A stretch of 64,000 nt of DNA, taken from assembly GCA_046563655.1 (NCBI GenBank), contig CM102284.1, positions 744,001 to 808,000 of the forward strand, in the 5' to 3' direction. The DNA is from Yuukianura sp. NJ FZ-2021 (lineage: Eukaryota). The position numbers were made by a program, and so were the translations under genes. A model generated the notes under the pieces. The model was not told the origin of the DNA. It was given only the letters and a program-made list of their open reading frames with translations, and made no database searches. Every line of letters begins with the position of its first letter. Position 1 is the stretch's first letter. Below are positions 27,483 to 42,259 of this stretch, one piece after another.

Positions 27483-28982
27483 TTAAAGACAAAACTATTT
27501 TCTTGTTTGCGAAGCTTGCCATTTACCATCATATTTAAATTAACATTTCACAATTTCTAATTGCAGACTTTTTTAAAGCGACTACAATAATTATTTGAAA
27601 CTTTAATTTTCTTTTTCGAAAATTATATATTTATTTAATTTAATTAATTTCATGCCTTAAATTAATTTGGTTCACAATTCACATTTAACTGAGGGCGTCC
27701 ACTTTAATTTAAGGCAAGCAAATGGAACTTACAGCGTTTATAAATTTTGTAAATCCGAAAAGTTTGAAAAGTGACGTCATAAATTCTATACTTTCTAATA
27801 GGGAGTTCAGGAATTCCTAATAGGAATTCCAAACACAAAAGAGCGCGCATGATCCAACCAGGAAACAATGGCAGTATTAGAAGCTAAAAGTTTAGTGTGA
27901 CCTTCAACATTAATGTCATTTCTCAACACAATTAATTGCTAAAATCAATTAGTAATTGCGACATGACAATGACAAACAATTGGCAATTGAATTGACACAT
28001 TCGTCGTAAACAATTGACAGGATTTCGTAGCAAGCGACCTTGACATTGACAGACGGACAAAAATGTGCACTTTTCTTTAGTAATAATAAGTGTCACAAAA
28101 ATTCAATTTATTAACAGAGTTTGATTGTTCCTTGCTTCTCTTTTGCATTGGCAATCCTCTAACCCTAAGTTTGCGTAAGAATAATAATACATTTGTCACA
28201 ATAATTAATTAAATTATAACTAATTAACTAATTAATACTTAATTAAATCTAAGGTGTTACGTCACTTATTGTCAAAAGTTTTTATAAGGCACTCGAGTCA
28301 GTCTTAAGAAAAAGAAAAAAAAATCTACCACCTCCATTTTTCATGTTTTAAGCTTCTGGAAGACACAAATTTTGTTTTTAGTGTTAAAAACATGAAATTC
28401 ATGTTTTTAAAACTTCAATTACACTAATTTATGTTGATTGTTCGGCACTTTGTTAAGAAACATAAGTTATGTTAGGTTAAATTAGCCTAACGTAACCTAA
28501 TTAGCTAAACAAAACAATTAACATCCAAAAAACTTAATTAGCATATTTCTTAATTTTAGCTGCTTTAGTAATATTTTACTGCACATTTCATATTGCCTTT
28601 TCGTTTCAAAGTTGTCTCGAGTCGCGTTTTTTGTAAATCTGAAAGTTAAACTAAATTTTTTTTTGGTTTAAAAAACGAAGCAATTCCAGATTCAAAATTT
28701 CGACTTCTCTGAGAAATTATTTCCATTTCGAAAACCAAAAATATCCATAAAATCTCTGATCTTCTACAAATTATGAAATAATTGTTAAAATTTTCAATAA
28801 TTTGAAATTACAAATATTTCACCATACACAACTAAAACTCTTTTTTTGTCTGAATTTTCCATCGTTTTCGTTTCTAAATCTAAAAACAAGTAAATTCAGA
28901 TGGCGTTCGTTCTCTTGTATAAAATTTCAAAGTTTCGAAATTTCAGAATTTGCAGATTTCAAAATTTCGAAGTTCCTTATCA

Positions 28983-31636
28983 TCAGAGCCAAGTCATGGT
29001 GTCTTTTGAGACGAGGATTTCTTCCAGAATTTCATTTGAAATTTCTTCAATGGACGGAACCAGTTCTTCCTCTGCCGGGAGTCCAGAACTCAACTCTACA
29101 AAAATTCAAAAAAAAAGTTTCAAAATTTCAGTTTTTCAAAAAAAAGTATAAAAAGTAACCATTATTGAAGCATGCAGAATAGTGGATAAAAACATAAATT
29201 GGAAAAAACTCACGTCCAAAAAAGCCACAGAAAGGATTCATAGGTGGGTGAAGATGTGTTAGATATTGCAGCGGTTACAAAATTCGAAAAACAAAATGGC
29301 GGGAACTTTCGAAAAATTATGACTAAATTTTAAGTGGTATTAACTTTATCACATAAATCACTAGAAATTTTAACTTTGTGACAAACAAAAACAAAAAACA
29401 AGTAAACAAAAAAATAAATACTAAGAACAATTAATTCAACTATCAAAAGTAAACAAAGCAGAAAACAAGAAAACTAACAAAGAAAAAAAAGTTGTACAAA
29501 AATGGAATTGATTTCGTTATGTTCCGTCAGTTACGTTAATTAATTTATCATAACAATTCGAAAACTCGAATCAAAAAAGTCGAAAATACGAAAAGTCGAA
29601 AAATTCGAATATAGAAAAAAGACAGAGCCCAGCCCTGTAAAAAAACGTTCCAAAAAGTCATAGGAAGAAAGCAACAAAAAATGAGGCAAATAATAAATAA
29701 GTTGTAGAAGTCGTATGTCGCCACGTCGCAATTCGCATGAGCGGCATCTTGTGTCACGTGTCTCCCTACGACCAATGGCAAGCGACATAAGTTTGTGTCC
29801 TCGTCTGTCATTGGTTATTGGTAGTAGTTGTAGTAGTAGTTAGGATTGGGAGAGGAAGTTTGTTCCTTAGGATCAGCAGGATGCTGGGAGTAGCAGTAGT
29901 TGCAGTGATCGTAATAACCCATATTTTCGTCGGCAGAAGCAAAATTTTCCTGAAGAAAGTCTTCTGGTGTATGGGGAAGAGAGTAGGCAATTCCAAGTCC
30001 AGAGTCAGCAGATTCCTGTCTCGTATGATCACCCAGAAATGGATCATCCTCAGGCTTCCGTTTCTGAAGACGTTGTTGCTCCGCCTCCATCTTCAAAAAA
30101 AAGTCATTCATTTCAATTTCAAAATTTTGAAGGATCATCACAATAAAAAAAAAAACGTTTAAGCGCAATAACATTTTCAATGAAAATCAACCAACCTAAG
30201 CACCAAATATAAAATCAATGACTCTGAAATTTTCCGAAATAAACAATCAACAGAGAGCAATGGAAAAACGTTTTTTGTCTCTTCTCTGTGATTTAACTTA
30301 CTCAAATCCCTTCAAGTTGCATGAAATTCAGAAAAAGTTTTTAAAAACTTTAAAGTTTCAACTTTTCGAAAACAAAGTTCAAAATTTTGAAAATAATGCA
30401 ATCGTTACCTGTCTCATGATCTCTTGCTGTCGCATTTTGAGCCGTTCTCGTTCCAGTTGCAGTTGCTGCAGTCGAACTTCTTGTTGGCGAGGATTAGCCA
30501 CTGCTGCTGCGTGGACCGCTGCTGCGTGGGCCACTGCTGCATGGGCCGCTGCAGCATTCAACTGCTGCGTCAAGACTGGTGGACGCTGTAGATGTGCAGC
30601 TAAAAAAACGAAACAAACAAAATTTTTAGCGATTTTTCAAAATTTTAACCAAAAAAGGTTAAAATTTTATAAAATTCCAGTAGAATCTTACGAAGTCGTG
30701 GGTCAAACCAGCTCGTCGTTCGTGTTTGGTGATTGATAAAGTACACTTGACCTTCGGGGGTCATGGCCTGTTCCCATCCTTCGGGCAACACGCCTGCGCC
30801 GCTGTTCGTGTCCGGTGGTGGCGTCGTGGCCACTGCTGCCAAAATCTGAGCATGTTGAGCCTTGCGTGGATCCTCCCAAGTCGTGGATCGTGTGATGTGA
30901 CTAAAAAAACACAAATCAATCAAGTCAAAAATCAACCTATCCAATTACTTGATTAATTGATGCTGCTCTTACTTGATAAAGTAGACTTGTCCTTCTTGTG
31001 TCGTTGCCTGTTCCCATCCTGGTGGAAGTGGATCCTGTGTGAGATTGCCAGCACTGCCTGAGGGTGTTCCAGTCCCTGACAGGGGTTGAGTCGTACTCAA
31101 GGACAAAGTTTGTTCCAAACTAGCCGGAGAGCTGTGAGCACGGAAATGGACGGATTGTGGTCCAGGAAGTGGACTTGATCGTCTAGATTAAACAGAAAAA
31201 TTAATTTAAAAGTCCATTACTTAAGTCGTAAAAGTCTTCTAGGCCATTTAAACTCTGAGAGAAAATGGAACAGCAAAAGGACAAAGTTTGTATGCAATGA
31301 TTGATAAAGCCTAAGAGTACGGGGTCATCTATCTATTTGCTTTTTAAAACACAACAGTTTGGAACTAAGATAAGATTAACAACGTCCGAACAAACTCCTG
31401 ATTTACCTGAGATTTGCTGCCGAGTCTATGGAACTCTCACGAGAGTGTGACAATCGAGCTGCCTGTTGAGCTGCCGAAGGAGGATTGAAAAATGAGTCCG
31501 GAAGTTTTCTAAGACGGAGCGGTACGGTCAAAGGTCGATTTGAGTTTGGCTGGAGGACGGAGTCAAAGAGAGCTTGAAGTTCAGAGTCCGAGTCACCTCG
31601 GATGTGGATCACTTGGTTAGGATTCCCTTCTGCCAT
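28983..31636 (-). CDS. yki: Yorkie/YAP transcriptional coactivator with two WW domains and a C-terminal PDZ-binding motif
   Basis: TEAD-binding LQALF...[15 protein letters not shown]. HxRxxS sites ([26 protein letters not shown]). Two WW domains, coiled coil, DSGLG degron. Last exon 29095-28983 ends KDTMTWL*. Confidence 0.95.
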
Positions 31637-34600
31637 GGTTGGCCAGTAGTACTGCGAAGATGTTCGATGACCTTGGAGAAACCTCCCCCCGTCAGTTTAT
31701 GTCATCTGCCTCACCTCCACTCCTTCCTTCCTCTCTATCGCTTTTCTAAAAAAACAAAGAACAAAAGCTTTTTTAGAACTTGAACTAAAAACTTAAAAGT
31801 AGGAAGCTAACCAGAACCAGAAACAGGATATGAATGTTAGCTCCCCGGCGACTTACTTCTGCCCGTCCTTCTGCTTTATGCTGCCTGTTGTGTGACTTCT
31901 CCGGAGGAGGAAGAGGGAGTGTTTCTGTGTTTGAGCTTTGGGAGTGCTGTGAAAGACAAAATTAGAAATTGGTAAGTTTCTGGTCCTGGTGCGTGGACCC
32001 TCTTGGACTTAAGCAGTGTAAGTGTAAGGAAACTGATAAGTTTAGACAAGTGGGAGTGAGTGGGACGACTATTAATACACATGTAGTCTATAACGTTACC
32101 TTCACTACAGTAACTAGTTACTGTTCTTCCGAGTAAGCTTCCTGAGGAAACGGTGCTATAGTGGAGCCAGTGCCAGTGAGTACTGTAGAACTCTAAGACG
32201 CAGCAGCGGATAACGGATGTTGAAAAAATTGAATTTGTGAATGAGTTGTTACTTGGACGGAGGCGACAGTACAAACGGATACGGAAGGAACAAGTGCAAA
32301 GCTTTTGTGGATGTAAACTCGTCTAACTCAAAGTAAAAACTGGACGAGAGGAGAAATGAGCAAGAGACAGCGACAGCGACAAGTAGTCAATCACATCCAA
32401 CCAGGGATTGGCCGGGTTGGACTAAAACACAGACACAGCGAAACGGACTCAAGTTACCCATATATGGGCAACCAAAGGCCCTCAGTCATTTTAACACGTT
32501 TAACTTCTGTTTACATTTGTATACATGTATGTTTATATTCACACACATGTATATTTAAGCAAACACCTCCTACTTAAACCTAATTTTAACTAAACACATT
32601 TGATTCACTCGTTTACCGCATTGTTTACGCTTATTCAACGTTTGCAAACAAATATTTCGGAAACGTTTAACAAGCAAACATGTTTAGTTAAACACAAATA
32701 CATCGATTCATGTACGTTTCTTTTGTTTAGTACATTGTTTATGCGTTCATTAAGTCAAGGCTCCTGAACAAACGGTTCCAAAATTAAGTTAAACATACGT
32801 GTTTACTTAGCTCAAATGCATGTTTAGTCCATGACGTTTAATCAAATATGTACATAGGTATAATTCAAGCTCAACATCTATGTTTATACATACATGTTTA
32901 CCGACTAAACTGATAAAAATGTTTAAATATAAATGTGTTTATATTTTATATGCCCATAACTGGTGGGTGACTGGTCGTGGTAGTGCGTGTGTTTGAGTGG
33001 TACCAAGGGGTGTAAAGTGAGTACGAGAACAATGACATGGGGAAGATGGAACAATGGGAATGAGGGAGGGTTTGTTTAGTGTACCAGAGATCAAGGGATG
33101 CTGAGCTGAGGCTGGAAATTTCTACAGCTCACCTGTGTATTTTTCTGTGTAAATTTAACACAGTGTAACTTCTCATCTTGCTTCTCTTGATCATCTCTTT
33201 GCCAAAGATCCAAACCAACCCTCATGTTCCCCAAATGACCCCCAATCCACCCCACCTTTCACAACAAATTCAATTGTCTAAAGTGCAACAACAAACCAAC
33301 GACCGATCATCCGAAGATATGCAAAAGCATCAGGGTGAGTGTTTCCATCAAAGATTTTTAAACAAAACTTTTCCTAACTAGATGTGAAATGAAGGCCATT
33401 TTAAACAAAATTTTTGAAGCCAATGTTTGCCAACGTTTCTCCTGACAACTCACTGAAATTCATTAAACTTAAGGATGGTTCACACAGCATCCTATTCTCG
33501 CAGTTTCATGTTTCACGAATAGCTAATTTCTGTAAAGAGCACTACTGTCCTCCTATAACACACACAACTAATTTCCCAAACTTTGATATATTGTGGATCA
33601 CTGTATGACATTCCTACGCTGAACAAATCACTTCAAAATTGTTCACTTCATTTTCACCCACAGTTTCCATGGTAGGTGCAAGCCTTAATCCTTCAAATGC
33701 AAGCGGTTTTGTCCGCCAGCGTCCGCCAGCAAATTGGCTTCAAATTTTTTGTTGAAATCAGGCCATATTTCCTCTCTAGTTAGAGCAAAAACCTACAAAA
33801 TCACCTTGACAACTCTCTGGTTTCCATCCTTGTTCAATGCCATCCAACTGCCAAGTACAACTTGTACTTGTACTGTCACAGTACAGTCCAAATGCAGCAG
33901 AGTTTAATTAAGGACTGTTCTCTAGACCACCACTTTGTTCTTTGTTTTGTGTCAGGGATGAAGAGTATGGCTTCAGTATCGGATTGACCCGGAACCGGCT
34001 GAAACCGGATTGTGTCGGATTCGGACCGACATTGTCGGTCATACATGATTAACCCAATTATGACTAAACTTATTTAATCACGACTCGTAGTTAAACATTA
34101 TTTTCGAATTTGAAATTATGAAACAAGCAGTATTTTCTTACTGGACCATTATAATCCGACTAATCAGTGTTTTATACGCATGTAGAGAGATAGAGTACGT
34201 ATTACGATACAGAACTAATTAAAAAGTGTCGCGTCGCATCTCGCATGTCGTATCTTCTACGTTTAAAGTTGAAATCTAACTGGTCGTGTTTCATAGGTGC
34301 CGGTTCGAAATTGCTCGTTTCGATCCGTTGAAAATTGGAGTTGAGTAGTTGCGATCCCTGGTAAATACCTTTGGAATCCCTTCTGGGAAAAACAAGTCCT
34401 TAGGCGGCCCTTAGCACGTCTTGGACACCCTCATCTTCCAAATATTTCATCCCTCTTACCTGTTCTTCCACAGCAGAATTCCGAAAGGGATACTACCCGC
34501 CCTTCACACAAAAAATCACTTTGTTCAGGCTTATTCAAATTCCAACGAAGGTAAATACTTCCCAAGTACTCTCTATCTACTTCAATCTCCACTTTCGCTT

Positions 34601-35416
34601 TCTTGACCCCGTGACCTTCATCCCTTCAAATGACAACACCAAGCAATGGAATCCAAATGTAATGTTCGTTTAAAAGTTTAGCACTTGCCAAGTACTCAGC
34701 AACTGTCAAAGTTCATGTTCAAGGTCAACAAGTAAAGTTCATCGTTTAAAACGCAATGGGACCAAAACCAAAGTGAATTGAAAGTTTGTGAGAGAAAATT
34801 TTTAGCAAAAAGGCCCAACTAATTTTCAGATTCGCAGAAACTCAGCTGCGAATATCGTTTTCGTTACGTACGTAAATGATAAATAGTACGTAAATTTTTG
34901 TCAAAGTAAATCTTGACAAATTTTTTCTGGAAGATCCATTCGCAGGCTGCATGCACTGCTAAATTTTTACGGTAATTGATGAATGCTGAAAGTATACGTT
35001 GACGTGTGAAGTCAATTAAATTTTAACTGCTGCAATTAAAAAACTTAAGTGACTTTTCAATTTGCACGAAATTCTACGCAGTTGATTCGTTGTTGAGAAA
35101 ATGATTCAACGGTGAAGTTTTGTTAGTAATTTTAAGTTTATTTTTTGTTTATAAGTAGAAAACTGAAGTTATGAACAGAACAAAAAAAACTTGGAAGGTT
35201 TTCAAAAATGTCAAACAAGCTCTCGAAATGAGTAATTTAGTCACTTTAACAGAAAGGTCACACTACACGTTGTTAATTAGTTAAGTCAATCCAGTAAGGC
35301 CACATATTAAGGCATACTTGCTAAACAGGATTACACACAGACTTATACGGTTAGAGGCAGGAAGAGGTCAAAGGTCATGGTGGGTTAAAAGTCAACATGC
35401 TAGGTTAACGTTAAGT

Positions 35417-37966
35417 TCAATTCTGTTTTCGCATTTCGTGCATGCGCTTCAAGCGTTTTCTTAGTTCCACCGGCAGTTTTTCGTAGCATTTCTTGCAAAC
35501 TGGCTTCGAATCCATTTCATAAAACTTGGATTTCGGGTTCAGAATTTGGTCGCAAGTGGAACAGGAGAAGTGGTGGGAGCAGTAGGCCTTGTTCAGTGCC
35601 GTCACAACTGAAAGTATAACATAATAGCAGGAAGGTAAGTAAGTACAAAGTTACCGATTAATCGATTAATCAATTAGTTTAACTTACCATCGCCAGTGAT
35701 AACCTGGTTACAGATGAAGCAGAGGTTACCAAACAGCTGATGATAGTGAGTCTCACAGTAGGCCAGTCCTTTCTTCTCGTAGTGACGATGGCCCAGAAAC
35801 GGTTTCTCACACTTGGCACAGACAAAGTGCTAAAAGTAATCGAACATTTAATTAGTTCAGTGCTGATATAAAATTAAAAGTAAATTCGTTAGTTGGACTT
35901 ACCTCGACGTGCCAGTGCTTGCCGAGAGCCGTGACAACCCGTTCTTCAATTGGACGACGACAAGCTCCACAAATCGGTATGCCCATCTTGTCATGACATC
36001 GCAAGCAGTACAGTTGGTTCATGTCATTGGCGGCGAATCCAGGACGAGACTGTTTGACCTCACGAGCTTCATGATTAAGTTCGATACCGCAAGCACTGCA
36101 GGAGTAGTGGTAAGGATGGAACACTTCTCCGCGAAATCGCAGTGGTCGACCGTCGTCAATCGGCCCGCTAAAATTCAAATCAAACGTATAAAATCATAGA
36201 TTTTGACAGAACAGATTCTATGGTTGAGGTCAAAATGGAGTCAGCTGACTTACTGGCACTTGGCACAGATGAACTTTCCACTGGCTTCGGCCTTGACCTT
36301 CGCATTGCAGTCGTGACACAAACTGCGACCTTGGTTCTTGATAAATCCAGTATCGGCCAGTTCTTTGTTGCAGAGATTACATCTGAAGCAGGCCGGATGC
36401 CAGGAGGCATTCATGGCCTTGATGACTCGACCAATGATGAACTCTCCGCACAAAGCACAACAAGGAGCAAACAGCACATGAAAATCTGTGTTCAAAAAAA
36501 GTTAATTGATAACAATCTTAATTAACTTAAGATTTAAGATTTAAGATTAAGATAAGACTTAATTAACATCTCACCATGCTCGCAGTACTTCCGACCGTCA
36601 AACTCGTAAAACTTCCCGGATGGAAACGGGCGAAAACACTGGGCACAAACCTGAGATAAAAAAGCGAGAAACATTCGCATTTTTTATAATAGTTTCAATT
36701 AATCTAAACTTTAATTAATTCATTAATTAGTTTAGAGTTAATTAACGTACAAAGCATTCCCCGTGCCACAGTTCGCCATTGGAGTTGACGATTTTCTCCT
36801 CCGGTTCAAATCCCTCCCCGCATCTTGAACAATACATGTCCATCACGTTGACGCTAAAAAATTGCGGGAAAATTCAAAATTAATTTTTAGTTCTATTGTT
36901 GTTTTGTTTATTGTTCGCCTCCAAACCACAACAACCAAGGGAAGAGGGAACAACAGCTGATAATTTCGGAGACTCAATTCAATTAATTTACTCAATTAAT
37001 TTACTCAATTAATCTATCCAAATTCGATATCCTTTGTTCTTTTGTATCGCTGAATCGCCACCGAAGCCTCCGACAGGTAAGTTAATCTTGTAATCGTCAC
37101 TCTAACAAATTCTTACAGAATTCTTATTCAAAATGTCGTAAAGTCATATGTCATAGTACTTCGTTCATAATCGGATTTTTTTTTCATGTTAAGGGTAATA
37201 GAAGGATGGTAATAGTAGAAGGATGTTAGTGCCGGTCAAGGTATAACGTTTCCGTTGCAGAAACGTCAGGAATTCTTACCCACTTCCGTTCCTGCTGCTT
37301 AGCCTTCTTGCGTGTAAGTCGCTTTCCTCAATTTTCAAATTCATGTCTGAACTTTATTACTACACGAACCTATTACTTTTAGTATTGACTGGGATGCTGG
37401 GAAAATGGAATTGACCTTATGATAAAACAGTCCCTGGAATTTAATTTAAGGTTATGTTTTTCTCTCAACAGGCTATTAGCAGTATCTCGTTCCCGACTTC
37501 CCTATCCAAAACCTCACACTTTGAGTGAAGATGATGACAGGATATTTTTGAAATGCAATGTTTTTACTTTCTCTTAAATGCAAAAGGTTGCTGACAAGGA
37601 CAAGATGATGATACACCTACAACTACTAAACTGAAAGCGAAGTTCGAAACTAGACTGAAACTCAACAACTCAAGTAATAGCCAGTCGAGGACGAAGGAGG
37701 TTCTTATGTAAACTAACCAAGAGTTGAAGCACAAAGTAAAAGGAGTTTATAAGGAATCAAAATCATCGGTTGTCGAAGAGGTAAGTGGAGCCGATTGAAG
37801 TAAAAGGTGGGACAAAGTGCAAATAGTACAGTACACATAGACTATGAGTCTGATTACAGAATGTGGAACGGAACCACGGGACGGGACTTATAATCGTCAC
37901 CACGTAATAACCATGTACTAGTGTAATCACCATAGTAAGTGATAATAATTTAACTTACCCAGGCAT
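35417..37966 (-). CDS. LIMS1: PINCH/LIMS five-LIM-domain adaptor with two candidate first coding exons (ATG 37966 or 37344)
   Basis: [90 protein letters not shown]. Confidence 0.95.
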
Positions 37967-38741
37967 TCCCAGTTAACACTCCTCTTGTAAATAACTCTCC
38001 TGTCACTTCTCACAGTTATCTCCTGGACTTCCCTGGCACTGGATCCTCCTCGATGTATCACGGCTCTCCACACCTTTAGACAATAACAACCAAACCAAAC
38101 AACAAATCAACGTAAGTCTATCGTTTTCGTGTCAATTAAAGACCTGTTGGTGTTAATTACAGTCAATTACTCAAACTGTTAGTCTTTCCGCTGTTGACCA
38201 ACAGTTTGTTACTCAATTTTAAGTGACTAACCTGAGCCCCCTCCCTTGACCCGCCCACCCACCAGCTAAGATAACTCAAAGTTGAACCAAAAAGTGTTGT
38301 GTAAATCAAAATCACACCCTAAAATAATTTTTCTGGTTTGTTTATTTTAGGAATGACAAAATCTTCTTCCGGGGACACCACATAACACAGAACTCGCCAG
38401 ATCATAGGAAAAACTGTATACTAGCAGAAAAGTAACCAAGAAATAAGGGCAAATCGCAGATGCAGAAGAAGTTTTCCACTTTTTTTCCTTTATGGATGTG
38501 ACAACGCCTCTCTTTCAATTTATACCCGCCACTCGTTCAATTCATCTCGAGGGAGGAACAGGAACATAACAAACTGGTTACGGAGAGTGGAACGTAGTAG
38601 AAGAATCTGTCAAGTCAGTCCGTCACCTCGTAAGTCCAGTAGTACTGGGCCAGCACATTGCATAATCCATACAGCATATTTCATAGCATTTCGATTGACA
38701 AACGTTTTAATATTTTCAGAAACATAACTGGAGACACGAAA

Positions 38742-41700
38742 ATGAGTAGTAAAGAGGGTACTCACAGTAGTGAAAGTGCATCAGATGCAGTAACGAGCAG
38801 TGCCAGTGCAAGTGACAAGTCCGACGAAGAGTCAGACTCCAGTGAAGAAGAAATGTTTTACGATGCCATCGAAGCCAGTGGGACACTAATCAGCCGATAC
38901 CTCAGTAAAAACAGAACGAGCAGAGGAGACTTGACGCTCGTTCCAGGTGATTCTCTAGTCCAAGTGATCCAGCAAGCAACTGAAGGTGCCAGTGCTGCAG
39001 ATGCTGGCACTGAAAACAAAATCGCTGCAGAAGTATTACAAGATGCTGCAAAAACTACTGTCACTGTACCAGAAGAGACCAAGGACGACGAAGCGACGTC
39101 GTCATCATCTTCTCGGTTTAGCAAATTTGAAGAAACCATGAAACGTCTGAATACTTGCGGAGAAGAGGAAGTGGACGACTCGCCTGGAGCTCAATCGTCC
39201 TCGCAAACGTCAAGTGTTGAAGGGCTGTACCCTCAGAGACAATCAAGGCCCTTCAAAGTAGTTGAGCAGGACAGTGTCTCTCTAAGTACCCGCATCAGGC
39301 CACCGGACATCATCAGTAGTTGTGTCACTGGCACTCAGGCGGAGCAGCCTTTCTCTCCCACTTCTGCTATCGAAGAGCCACCGCCAATTCCACCGGTAGC
39401 TCCACCAAGACGACGCAGACGCAACAAGTCTCCGACGATATCCATTGCATCTAACGTTTTTCTGGACAAGGAAGCAGTTAGTGGCAACTTGACCTTTGGA
39501 CAGGGTGTGGTCACTGCGCAGGACGAAGAAAGAACGAGGTCAAAGACTTCTGGACCAAGAGTACTAAGGAGGACAGAATCGCTGGGAGTTGTTAGAAGCG
39601 ATGAAAAAGAAGCGATGCGGAATTTGAGTAAAGATGTTTTAAATGGAAGTAATGAAACGGTAGACAGTCCCGCGAACTTTCAAATTCCGGTTCTAGCGGC
39701 ACCGATACCGCCACCGTCGAGTTTACCGACACATTTTACGGCTGCTGCAGGTTCGAACTCGGCGGATAGGAAAACGGTATTCGTTAGAACAAAAACCGAC
39801 AGCGGGAAGATGCTGAGCGACCTTGAAATTTTGGAACAAGTTACGGTAATAGTCACCACATTTTATTGTGATTCCTTACGGTTAGGGAGTTTGCGTTATA
39901 AATTATGTAAAGTTATGGAATTTACAGAATTTGTAGAATTTTTATTGTGGGTGATGGCATCACGATATTCAAACTTGTCGGACAAGTTTACAAAGTTTGT
40001 GGTATAAATAAATTATGGATATTATAGGAATTATAGAAATTATGGCAGGTGGTGACTTCATTAGTTTGAAATCGACCAATCACGAAAGCCGTTAGAGTGG
40101 GGAGATGGAGGAGGGCTTTCCAAAAGTCTATCATTTTTATAAATTTTATAATTTTTATAACTTCTATAATTTTGATAATTAGTTTATAAGTTATAAACTT
40201 ATAAGACTCCCTGGATGTTGTAAAGTCCGAAAAGTTTGAAAGTCAAGTCACAGCCCGCCATAAAGTCTATAAATTCTATAATTCTATAATTGATTTTATA
40301 ACTTAAACTCCTTTAGTATAGCTTATAATAATTTTTGGTGCTTCATAACAATTAATTCTTGTTGTAGGTGGTGAATCTGGACACTGGAGAGCGAATTCCA
40401 CTTTCGTCAGCTGAGGACAAGATTCCAAAGTGCATCAACCCTCTGTCACTGCATATCATGCGGTTAACGTCAGAATACGTCAGTGAAGTAAAGTCAAACG
40501 ATTCCGATGACGATTCGTCCAAGAAATCCACCACTTCAGGAACACTTAAACGCAAAGGACTTCGTCTTAGAAAACTGTTTAGTGACGTCAAGACAAAAGC
40601 ACTGCACAGAGCTCGTGCTCTCAAAACTAAGTCATTGAGTGAAGAAGTTCCTTCCTCCTTGAAGGAGTGTGAAGTTGACGGAGCTGGAGGAGGAGGTGGA
40701 GGAGGAGGAGATGACCCTGGAGTGAAAATTAAAGCATCGCCGAAACACAAGGGGCCTTATGACTTTGACCACATTCAGCTCGTCCAAGACTTGACAACGG
40801 AACACTCCGGACCGATATGGTGCATGAAGTTTAGTAACTGTGGTCGTCTCCTAGCAACAGCAGGACAAGATAGGTTGATCCGAGTGTGGGTACTTAAGTC
40901 ACAACTAAGCTACTTCCAGGATTTGGTCAAAGTGTCCAAAGTCAGTCCTACTCCAAGTTTGGAGGCTGTTCCACCATCGACTGAGGAGCAAGCAAAGTGA
41001 GTTTTCAATTTTGAATTTCCGTTTTTCAGAATTTCAAGTTATAGAACTTCTAATACAACTTCTGACTTTTTTTTAGACCGGAGAAAACTTGGCCGTTTGT
41101 TGGACTTTCGTCTTATGCGGGTCACACAGCTGATCTCCTGGATATCGCGTGGAGCAAAAGTTTCTTCCTGCTCTCTTCGTCCATGGACCGCACAGTACGA
41201 CTGTGGCACATTTCCAGGAAGGAGTGTCTCTGCTGCTTCCAGCACATTGACTTTGTCACAGCAATCGCCTTCCATCCCAGAGTAAGATACAATTTTCCCA
41301 TTTGTGAATTTCCCATCCATTCCTGATTTTTCGACCCATTCCTAATTTTCTAGTTTCCCATCCAATTCCTGAATTTCCAATTTTATTGCTGATTTCCGAC
41401 CCAGTTGTATGGGGATTCCTGCTGCTCAGATTCTGATTTCTGATCATACTGATTTCTGACTTGTGATAGGATGATCGCTACTTCCTATCGGGATCACTCG
41501 ATGGAAAACTGCGACTGTGGAACATTCCAGACAAGAAAGTAGCTCTATGGAACGAAGTTCCCGGACCCAACAATCTCATTACAACAGCCAACTTTTGTCA
41601 AAACGGGAAATTTGCTGTGATCGGAACATATGATGGACGCTGTATTTTCTATCACACGGAACAACTGAAGTATCACACTCAAATTATTCTAAACCGGAAG

Positions 41701-42259
41701 AAACTGGGGAAGATCACCGGGATTGAACCGATGCCAGGCGAAGACAAGATTCTCGTAACCTCGAATGACTCCCGTATCAGGCTCTATGACCTCCGTGACC
41801 TCAGTCTCACTTGCAAGTTCACCGGAGCAGTGGCAAGGTCAAGTCAAATTCGGGCTAGTTTTAGTCACGATGGAAAGTTCATCATCAGCGGAAGCGAAAA
41901 TTCATTTTTCTACATCTGGAGAAGTGCTCACGAATTTGTAGGATTCGGAGGAGCTCGGCGTGACAGAAATTCATATTGGGAAGGAGTCAAAGGTAAGAAT
42001 TTCAAAATTTTGAAAAGATCAAAATTTTGAAAAAGTTCAAAATTTCATGATTTTTTAAATTCTAGCTCACAATGCAGTGGTGACTTGTGCAGTATTTGCT
42101 CCTGATCCAGATTTGATTATCAAAGAAATGGAGGGAGGTTCAAACTATTCTCCGCTGGGATACGTCCTCGCATCGGCAGATTTCACTGGAAGCATAAAAA
42201 TTTTCATTTCAAGAGTAAAGCAAAAGTGTAGCTCTCTCCCTGCTAGTGCCATTGCTTAA
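38742..42259 (+). CDS. WDR44: WD repeat-containing protein 44 (rabphilin-11), 5 coding exons
   Basis: FFAT-like EEMFYDAIE, RTKTDSGKMLSDLEILEQVTVVNLDTGERIPLS, HSGPIWCMKFSNCGRLLATAGQD, LVTSNDSRIRLYDLRD. Confidence 0.93.

Noticed and set aside
31876-35300. Short ORFs between yorkie and PINCH
   Set aside because: No recognisable domains or consistent exon chains. Probably UTR and regulatory DNA with decayed repeats.
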